Source: Opitutaceae bacterium
GTDB taxonomy: Bacteria > Verrucomicrobiota > Verrucomicrobiia > Opitutales > Coraliomargaritaceae
Direction of reading: 5' to 3'
Assembly: GCA_051252375.1 (NCBI GenBank)
Contig: JBPOFY010000004.1
Coordinates: forward strand, 96,001 to 160,000
Length of the DNA stretch: 64,000 nucleotides
Below are positions 21,063 to 28,621 of this stretch, piece by piece. The position numbers and the translations under genes were made by a program. The notes under the pieces are model-generated. The model made no database searches, had not been told where the DNA came from, and saw nothing but the letters and a program-made list of their open reading frames with translations. Position 1 is the first letter of the stretch; each line of letters begins with the position of its first letter.

Positions 21063-24000
21063 TTACGGCTGTGTATTTCCGGAGGCCGTTTCGTTGATTT
21101 GCATACGGTAGAACCGCGCCTTTCTTCCGTTGGAGAGGAATATAGGGTAATTCAATTCCACTGCTTCATAACCATTCGCAGCGGAGGTGCTGGGAATTCG
21201 AACTGCGCTCCTGCCATTCACGCTCTCCCAGATTGACAAGTCATGGCTGAATTGAGCGGTGTAGCCAATACCCGAGTTAAGATGGTCCTCTAGACGAATA
21301 AAACGCGCCTTCACGCTTAAGGGCGAAAAATCTATAATCACAATAGGTGCGCCCGGCGTAAAGCTAGTGCCATTGATCGCCATAGTGCTGGCATCACTCA
21401 CATTTGGATTCGTTCCGAAGGCATACTCCAACAGATTGACTGAGCTATCGATGTCCGAATCCGCGGTATCGGCTGCGTTGCTGGTATTGTCGTAACTACC
21501 AAAATGAGTGAGTCGCCAGTTTTCGAGCCCGGTGTAGGCCGCAAAGTTAGCAGTCACCGTGATGTTACCAGTGACGCTGAGATCAGTGCGCGGATTGTCT
21601 GTGCTAGCATCGCTCCAGTCGACGAAGTAAAAGTTTGTATGTGGAACTGCGGTGAGCGCAGTTCCATCGTTGCCAATGCTTACTGCCTGCGAGCTGGTTC
21701 CGGTAATGATACCGTTGGAGCCAGCTGTGTAGGTCAGCGTATAAGTGGGATTGGAGGGATAACTGGCATAGAGGTTCGCGACTTCGGTGGCATCGAGTTC
21801 GATGTCGTAGAGTTGGACCTCGTCGATGTTACCCGTATAGTATGCGGAGGAAATATTACTACCGATCGTGGCTGCTGTTATGCCCGTCATGGTCTTAGTA
21901 TTGCCTGTGCCTGAGTGCCAGAGGGTGCCGTTCCGATAGATGTTCATGACGCCGGTATTGGCGTTTTTAGTGAAGACCCAGTGAGCCCATGATCCTTCAT
22001 ACTCAGCCGCGACTGCAGCCTTGCTAATACGGTCGAACCCACTGTCGCCAGCATCCCAAAAGATCGTGCCATTAGAATAAGGGAGATGAACGTTCAGGAC
22101 ACGATTACCCGAACTATTGACAGCATAGATTATAGAGCTGACGGTGGGTAAACTGCTGTCGCCATAGGCCCACAAGGAGATGGTGATCTGATCGCTGAGT
22201 GAACTAAACGCGGAATCAATGTTAGTGACTTGCGAACTGGTTCCATTGAATGCCAATCCGTGATTCTCATATCCAGGAACCCAACTTGTATTCGAGATAA
22301 TTCCGTCGTGTCCGTTTCCAGTGATGTCGGCAGTGGTGGTGCTACCGCTACCCTCATCAAAAGTCCAATGGGCCACAAGTCCCGCCACCTGATAGGGCTT
22401 GAGCTCCAGATCGAGAGACTGGATCGATTTAACAGCCGCATAGTCATCCTGACCATAAACCACCACTCGATAACTACTGCTTAAATCAAACCCACCGGCA
22501 ATGACTCCTGTAGCTTCGACAATCCCATTGATCGAATAGCTCCAGGCTCCATTCTGATCAATTTCAATGACCACCTCAGTCGAAGCATCAGTCACAAACT
22601 GAACATTCGTTCCAGAAGTATCTAGCGTGGTTATAGTCGACCCGTCTGTGAAATTCAGACCGCGAAGCGTGCTGCCTAGATCTGAGGTCAAATTAGCTCC
22701 TAGACTATAGACAGTCGCATCGGCCCCAAAGGGATTGAGCCCTGTATAGGTGGACAGATCGGTATCGACGCGGACCAAGCCGAATGAAAAATTAGCCTCT
22801 CCTAGATATGCGATGTAATCTGTTGTATAATAAGTCGTCAGTTTGAAGCCACCATCCGACTGAAACGACTCGGTGGAGTAACTGATCGCTCTGTTTTGAT
22901 TAGTTGTTCCGTTGTTATCGTAGGTCAACTCATACCCCGTATCCAACCAATCAGCCCCACCATTGATTGATAGGCTTGTCGTAGGCATAATGGGTGACTC
23001 GTTGACTTTTAGATGAACCGTCCTCGAGGTCTCCGCAGCTCCGATCGCGATTCGCAAATCAAAGCAGTATTCGGTTTCGATCGTCTCCGTGGGCGTGCCG
23101 CTCAACACCCAATCTCCGGACCCCGGACTAGACTCAGCCACCGATAACCACGACGGTGCATTGACTAAAGTAAACCCAGTGATACTGCCGCCCGAAGGAT
23201 CCCAGAAATCTACGCCGTCAGTCAAGGTATGGCTATAGGGAGCTCCAATCGCAGCAACGGGCAAGGGAGTATCTGCGCGCCTCCAATTCGGCACTCCGGG
23301 AAACTGAGACGTTCTGAAATGAAGGTCCACCGCCTCCAGTTGCGTCAGCGCATAAGGTTGGAGTGTGAGAACCGGCGAATTCTCTAGGTTCGTGCGGACG
23401 AGAGGCGTGCCCCAAGTGATGGCACCTCCATTGATGCACCCCTCGGCGGTCCACTCGACGAACTGCGCATCCGTCAGACAAGGAGCCGCGCCCGCATTCC
23501 AGGAAGTTGTGCTTTGTTTTGGGAAAAAATGCCCAACCACGTCGTCGTTCCAATCTCTGGTATCCGTCGTGGCGAAGGGAAGGCCATTGTGATCCTGTAT
23601 ATATTCCACGATCGCAAAGTTCCGAGTATACAGGATTTCGGGCACGACCATATTTCCCGCCCCACCAAAAGGGTGACCGAAGGTATAGTCATCGAAAAGC
23701 GTTGGCGTCGCCAATGGAGCCCCATCGACGCCCACACTGTTATTAAATGAGATCGCAGCATTCGGATTCCCCGCATGACAGGCATCTGCGAAAGCTTCAT
23801 AGATCCTCTGATCATCAAGAATCCCGCTCTCCGCATCATCTCCGCAGTCCTCCATGATGTTATCCGCGGAGTCAAAGCACCAGGCATCGATCAGGTCACC
23901 ATAACGAAGCGAATACTCCTTGAGGATGAACTCGGCGTAGCAGAACATATATTTCCGTCTATCGGGATCGCCAGCCTGTAGATATGGATGGCTGTTGATG

Positions 24001-24545
24001 AATGCCTGAACCGTGGGATCCGTGTCGCAATAATTTTCCCAACGATCAGAAATATCGGGATAGTCCACCTGAGTATCTTCTGGGTTTCGAGCGAGGAGAT
24101 TGTAGGAATTTACATAGATTTCAGATCTGAGACCCGCCGCATCGATTGCTTCAAGCCAGCTCATCAATGGGTCGTCTACTGAAGCGCGCGGAACGACCAG
24201 ATTGATCGGATCACCGTTCGTATCGGTGTCACCTTGCCAAAGACTTTCAATAATCGGATGCGGCCCAGTGTGCACCGGGGAAAAGATATTCGGACTGGCG
24301 AGGGCTACCTGGACATAGTCAATGGTCTTAAGATGGGATATTTGTGCGAGGAAATCATCGATCCTCACCCCTTCAATGTTGCCGTTGAAGTTTCGCTCCG
24401 GCAGCCACAGCGCACCCCATGATCCTCGCATCCAATCGGCACGCTCGCCTTGGCCAAGGAGCACGTCATCCGCATAAGTTGCCGCCAACAACAGCGAGCT
24501 AACGCCAAAGACACATAGTCGCTTTAAGCAGCAGATACTTCTCAT
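21063..24545 (-). CDS. GH107 endo-fucanase, FcnA-like, with Ig-like, unknown, LamG, InlB-B-repeat-like and C-terminal domains
   Basis: Nearly the same catalytic domain as 17527-20706 (AWCFDSA, DDYTFGHPFGG); LamG; repeat YTLTYTAGSNG...FVDWSD...NPRTD..VTGNITVTANF. Confidence 0.92.
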   Translation of the reverse strand: MRSICCLKRLCVFGVSSLLLAATYADDVLLGQGERADWMRGSWGALWLPERNFNGNIEGVRIDDFLAQISHLKTIDYVQVALASPNIFSPVHTGPHPIIESLWQGDTDTNGDPINLVVPRASVDDPLMSWLEAIDAAGLRSEIYVNSYNLLARNPEDTQVDYPDISDRWENYCDTDPTVQAFINSHPYLQAGDPDRRKYMFCYAEFILKEYSLRYGDLIDAWCFDSADNIMEDCGDDAESGILDDQRIYEAFADACHAGNPNAAISFNNSVGVDGAPLATPTLFDDYTFGHPFGGAGNMVVPEILYTRNFAIVEYIQDHNGLPFATTDTRDWNDDVVGHFFPKQSTTSWNAGAAPCLTDAQFVEWTAEGCINGGAITWGTPLVRTNLENSPVLTLQPYALTQLEAVDLHFRTSQFPGVPNWRRADTPLPVAAIGAPYSHTLTDGVDFWDPSGGSITGFTLVNAPSWLSVAESSPGSGDWVLSGTPTETIETEYCFDLRIAIGAAETSRTVHLKVNESPIMPTTSLSINGGADWLDTGYELTYDNNGTTNQNRAISYSTESFQSDGGFKLTTYYTTDYIAYLGEANFSFGLVRVDTDLSTYTGLNPFGADATVYSLGANLTSDLGSTLRGLNFTDGSTITTLDTSGTNVQFVTDASTEVVIEIDQNGAWSYSINGIVEATGVIAGGFDLSSSYRVVVYGQDDYAAVKSIQSLDLELKPYQVAGLVAHWTFDEGSGSTTTADITGNGHDGIISNTSWVPGYENHGLAFNGTSSQVTNIDSAFSSLSDQITISLWAYGDSSLPTVSSIIYAVNSSGNRVLNVHLPYSNGTIFWDAGDSGFDRISKAAVAAEYEGSWAHWVFTKNANTGVMNIYRNGTLWHSGTGNTKTMTGITAATIGSNISSAYYTGNIDEVQLYDIELDATEVANLYASYPSNPTYTLTYTAGSNGIITGTSSQAVSIGNDGTALTAVPHTNFYFVDWSDASTDNPRTDLSVTGNITVTANFAAYTGLENWRLTHFGSYDNTSNAADTADSDIDSSVNLLEYAFGTNPNVSDASTMAINGTSFTPGAPIVIIDFSPLSVKARFIRLEDHLNSGIGYTAQFSHDLSIWESVNGRSAVRIPSTSAANGYEAVELNYPIFLSNGRKARFYRMQINETASGNTQP
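22385..24475. repeat. Direct repeat copy 2 (~2.1 kb)
   Basis: Matches 18555-20645 at offset -3830. Confidence 0.93.
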
Positions 24546-24685
24546 ATTTAGTTCTAGGGGATAGGGAGCAAGGGGGGTAACTCAATAACACAGTCAGCCA
24601 AAAGGACACAAACACCGTTAAGGCAACTGAATGTCTAAGAATACAGGGGCTACTAATCTATCACAAAAGCCCACTTTTGACCATT

Positions 24686-24719
24686 ACGCATATACGTATA
24701 ATAGATCACGCATACACGT
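24686..24719. promoter_or_regulatory. Putative fucoidan-regulon operator pair
   Basis: ACGCATATACGT (24686-24697) and ACGCATACACGT (24708-24719), 22 nt start to start, upstream of GH107 21063-24545. Confidence 0.68.
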
Positions 24720-24783
24720 AGCGCACCGCCCCCAAGACGCCAATCTTACAGCGAAAGAATCCTATAGACTAACTACGGGCGCT

Positions 24784-27669
24784 TTACTCCACTTCGACCT
24801 GCAGATGAACAAACTTCGAATCACCATCGATCAGATAGCGCGTGGTGATTGTCTGGAAGCCATCTACGGGATCGCCAATGCTGACATCATAAGGAGGGTC
24901 TAAAGAAGGTGTGGCGAGATCTGGTGTCATCACCAGTGTATAAGTCAGACCTTGGTCCATATAATCTGTGCGGCGCTCATACTCATAGACGAAATAGTTG
25001 AAAGCGCCCTCCTCTTCGGTAAACATAGACTCTTTCGATCCGGCATCCGCTATAGTCGGATCCATGCCTAAGGCAAATTCCAGCAAGTTGGCGTAGCCGT
25101 CTCCGACACCGCCATTCTCCACATCGGCATCTGCCAACGCATCGTCGTCCACCAGACCATAGCCAGATGCCCAAGAGGCATAGGATTCATCAGATGGCAT
25201 TTGGATCGTGAAATTCACCTGAATGCTACCGACGTTCCATCGGTTCGCGTCGTTAGCGCTGCCGTTCGCAATGGTAAAGCTGGAGACCGCAGTAGAGCCA
25301 GCAAGTGCCTGAAGGTCGATCGTTGCGGGACTCGTAGCCAGAGCTGTTCCAGTATAGTTGGTCGTATTACCGCCCGCGGCCACTTGCACCCTGTCGCGGC
25401 CATGATTCGCCGAATAAACCGCGACAGACTGGAAGGAAAGGTCTGAAATAGAATTAATCGTCAGTCCCCCTCCGTTGGCATTGAAATCGACCACATGGAT
25501 ATTCGAAATCGAATCCACGGACTCTCCTAAACTGCCATCAAAGGTAGTATCTCTAGTCACATCTGCAACGCCTGACTTAATACCCCACGTCCCACTCGCC
25601 AAGCTGACAATCGATGCTCCAGCCATAGGATCCACATTGATCGCGATGCGAAAAGTCGCTAATTGGTCCGGAGCCGTCAGAACCGGTGAATACATAATCG
25701 CGACTGCATCAGTCCCATAGTCCACACTCGCCTCAGCCACAATATCTGCGTTCCCAGCGACATCCCCCACGGGAAGCGCAGTCGTTAATTTCAAGCCGAC
25801 TTTCCTGAAGGCACCCACTCCATCGGTTACCCTGAAGACTAGGCTCCAAGTTCCAGAGCCCTCCGTCACAGTTCCAGAGAGCAGCCCACTACTGGACAAA
25901 GAAAGGCCGTCGGGCAACCCGCTGTCAGAGATCAACTCCCAAGTATAGGAAGTATCTCCGCCAGTGGCTGACAGCTGAAAGCTATAAGGATCATCGAGCG
26001 GCACTTCCGGCAATGCCCCCGTCAATATCTCAAGATCACTCTCTGGCACGTAGCCGCCTGTTTCCGAAAGATAGGCGAGCTCCTTGATGATGTCATGACC
26101 TATCAGGCAGGCCTGATTGACTTCCTCAACAGTGTGAGACCCACGGTGTATATCACCATCCACAAGTTCTGTTATCAACGGGAACTGCATGCCCAGCGAG
26201 GAGCTCAACATCATGTAGGCATTCATATAAACCAAAAGATCTGAGCCATGAAGAGCATCTTCTGATGCTACAAAATTAGTCGTGGCCTCATTGATGCGCC
26301 CCATTCCTATGGTCAGCGGAATGAGTTTCCAGCCTCGTTCGGCATAATTAAAATACAGCTCGTTACAGTCATGGTAATCCAGCGCATCCAGCGTGGAGGC
26401 GGTTCCACTGACAGCTGGCGAAATCGCAAATGATTTTATCCAATCAAAGGCCATCGGAATCATGTTGGATTGATTCGCATCAATCACGTCCTGCGCATCG
26501 GCTCCTTGCCACGATCCAGAGACATACATGAACGCCGCTTGGTCTGGCTCATAAGCAATCTTATCTCCTTGGGTGACCGTCTCAGCTGTATTAGCCCATT
26601 CGAGAAAATCGTCGGGATGCCAATACCTGGTCCCTCCAGAATAGCCATTCGATTTGATACCGAGTTTTCTAAATGCAGCGTTCGCCGTCGTGTTGTCGCT
26701 GTTGATGATTTTAGTCAGTGCATCACTCGTCCAGTCGTGCGTGCTGGATCCTTTATATCTATAACGAACCACGCTATTAAAGGGCGTGCTGGTCACATCG
26801 AGACTCCGGTAGACGACAGCCCCGTCATTCTCGTAACTGGTCGTATAATGCACAGTCGTGGCGTGTAGGTTCACCGTCGTTTCAGCAGTATTGCCTAAAG
26901 TTGTAGCGTCCCCGCCTGAGATACCTGCAGGACTATAAGTCGATGCCGTGGCATTGAGCCCTGTTAGTTGGGTGAAGATCGCACATGCGTAGAGATAGTC
27001 CTCTTCCGCTGCAGTGGTGACACCCGCAGCATCCAATGCGTAGGCGCCGGGAATCAGATCCATGCCAACACCACTGGCGACACGATACATGATCGGGCCA
27101 AATACACTCACATCTTCATCCGCATTATCGGGCAGAAAGATCATCGGTGTGCTACTCACAGTGCTCAGAATCAACTTAGAGAACTGGGTGCAGCCTTCAT
27201 AAAAAACTTCAGGGGCAAAATACTCATTATCAAAAGGTGCATCGTCATAGACATTCGTTGGACCACCACCATACTCCCCGTATTCGATCGTTTTAGTTGG
27301 TGCCTGAATGATTGTCGGGATCAGAATGACAGTATCGTAGCCCTCAACAACTTTCGCGCGTAAGGCGATGTCCGCTGCATTCTGGTCGTAATAGCCATCC
27401 GCGAGTGACTCGATGGTTGAATTTTCAAAAATATCGACTTGGACATCACTCCAGCCGCTAGCGTTCGTCATCAAGCCTTGCAAGTGAACCGCCACATCTG
27501 AATAGCGATCGAAACTTTCCCCAACAGAGACCAGCAGAATATCATTCGATTGATCCTGAGCTTGCGCCAATTTTGGCAACAACAAGGTAACAACCAAAGT
27601 CGCCATGAACAGGCATCGATAGACTGCTCCGCAATAGCCAGAGCGTGCATGTAAACCAAGAGGTTTCAT
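24784..27669 (-). CDS. Secreted hypothetical protein: tandem SGNH-like region, putative Ig domain and the shared C-terminal domain
   Basis: Start moved to ATG 27669 (alternative 27606). Motifs VSVGESF, YKGSST and EDALHGS..VYMNAY; Ig-like YSFQLSATGG...YTW...GLPDGLSLSSSGLLSGT; C-terminal YASW...GDGYANLLEFALGMDP. Confidence 0.7.
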   Translation of the reverse strand: MKPLGLHARSGYCGAVYRCLFMATLVVTLLLPKLAQAQDQSNDILLVSVGESFDRYSDVAVHLQGLMTNASGWSDVQVDIFENSTIESLADGYYDQNAADIALRAKVVEGYDTVILIPTIIQAPTKTIEYGEYGGGPTNVYDDAPFDNEYFAPEVFYEGCTQFSKLILSTVSSTPMIFLPDNADEDVSVFGPIMYRVASGVGMDLIPGAYALDAAGVTTAAEEDYLYACAIFTQLTGLNATASTYSPAGISGGDATTLGNTAETTVNLHATTVHYTTSYENDGAVVYRSLDVTSTPFNSVVRYRYKGSSTHDWTSDALTKIINSDNTTANAAFRKLGIKSNGYSGGTRYWHPDDFLEWANTAETVTQGDKIAYEPDQAAFMYVSGSWQGADAQDVIDANQSNMIPMAFDWIKSFAISPAVSGTASTLDALDYHDCNELYFNYAERGWKLIPLTIGMGRINEATTNFVASEDALHGSDLLVYMNAYMMLSSSLGMQFPLITELVDGDIHRGSHTVEEVNQACLIGHDIIKELAYLSETGGYVPESDLEILTGALPEVPLDDPYSFQLSATGGDTSYTWELISDSGLPDGLSLSSSGLLSGTVTEGSGTWSLVFRVTDGVGAFRKVGLKLTTALPVGDVAGNADIVAEASVDYGTDAVAIMYSPVLTAPDQLATFRIAINVDPMAGASIVSLASGTWGIKSGVADVTRDTTFDGSLGESVDSISNIHVVDFNANGGGLTINSISDLSFQSVAVYSANHGRDRVQVAAGGNTTNYTGTALATSPATIDLQALAGSTAVSSFTIANGSANDANRWNVGSIQVNFTIQMPSDESYASWASGYGLVDDDALADADVENGGVGDGYANLLEFALGMDPTIADAGSKESMFTEEEGAFNYFVYEYERRTDYMDQGLTYTLVMTPDLATPSLDPPYDVSIGDPVDGFQTITTRYLIDGDSKFVHLQVEVE

Positions 27670-27768
27670 GCAGATCACTGAAGGAGTATTAGCTTCAAGA
27701 TACATAGGGCGAATTGGGGACAAAGAAAGGGAAGCTATAATATAGCAAATAACGGACAAAAATGCATC

Positions 27769-27803
27769 ACGTATAAGCATACTATTTGATGACGTATTTA
27801 CGT
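27769..27803. promoter_or_regulatory. Putative fucoidan-regulon operator pair
   Basis: ACGTATAAGCAT (27769-27780) and ACGTATTTACGT (27792-27803), 23 nt apart. Confidence 0.65.
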
Positions 27804-27905
27804 AAGTGCCCAACGAGCCGGAGCTCCCCGCTAGCTGGACTCCTTATCAGTGACGATATCCGGCACTAATTTGCCCCTGAATCCCTCAGCCGAGCCTAAA
27901 ATTAA

Positions 27906-28598
27906 TCAAAAACCCTCAACAGGCGCGCAGTAATATGTGGCATAGCGTGGTGCTGGCCTCGGAAAAATAAACAAAATCTGTCGTGTATTCTGCTCATGCT
28001 GCCACATCTGTTTTATAAAGCGCCGTGGTTTTTCACCTTTACCAATGTATGCATCGAGCTTCGCATTATAAAAACCGTTCTGAGGGATCGGGTCCTTAAT
28101 GATTTTAACCGACTTTGGTTTCAGCTGCAGTTCCTTGTCACCGATTGCTCCTGCGATGCCGATGTCCGAAAAATTTACCATATAGATGCTACCAGGCCCA
28201 AATACATCGTCACTGGCGTTAATCGGCTGAACTCGTATAGGCATAATCGGATTACGATCATTCTCAAAGACCAATAGTAGGACTTTATCCCAAGTTTCTG
28301 GAATCTTAGCGGCAGGTGCACGTTCAGGCATTTTCTCTTGTGGCCCGAGAGGCGCTGGCAAAAAACTTAATAGAATGTCTCCTCTTGGAATTTCGAAGGT
28401 CCCTGAAAAGTTCGAGCGTGGTAAGTCGATTTTACCTAATGGCGCGGCACCTACATAGATGTTGGCCTCAGTGGGTGCGCCCGAAGGAGCTTGATAGTAG
28501 AGAATACGAACTGGCCGGTTCTGACCATTGCAGATCGATGCCAATAGGCACATCAACGCGACGAGGGGCCACTGGTATAAACGAAGAGATTTAAACAT
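27906..28598 (-). CDS. Exported hypothetical protein, partner of the upstream pseudopilin-like gene; paralogue of 42971-43648
   Basis: Signal peptide; shares R.NFS.TF, IPE.W..VL.LVF....NPIMPIR....NA.DD.FGPG.IY.VN.S and KLDAY with 42971-43648. Confidence 0.85.
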   Translation of the reverse strand: MFKSLRLYQWPLVALMCLLASICNGQNRPVRILYYQAPSGAPTEANIYVGAAPLGKIDLPRSNFSGTFEIPRGDILLSFLPAPLGPQEKMPERAPAAKIPETWDKVLLLVFENDRNPIMPIRVQPINASDDVFGPGSIYMVNFSDIGIAGAIGDKELQLKPKSVKIIKDPIPQNGFYNAKLDAYIGKGEKPRRFIKQMWQHEQNTRQILFIFPRPAPRYATYYCAPVEGF

Positions 28599-28621
28599 AC
28601 TTAAAGAGGTTTGCGGTGCGT

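Noticed and set aside
18555..24475. GH107 repeat pair as a diversity-generating retroelement (template/variable repeat)
   Set aside because: There is no reverse transcriptase in the window. The differences I inspected are mostly synonymous third-position changes, not adenine-specific, and both copies are inside intact genes.
27670..27813. ORF-track 5' extension of the 1009-aa protein (start 27813)
   Set aside because: The extension uses a non-ATG start, is AT-rich and promoter-like, and contains the operator pair.
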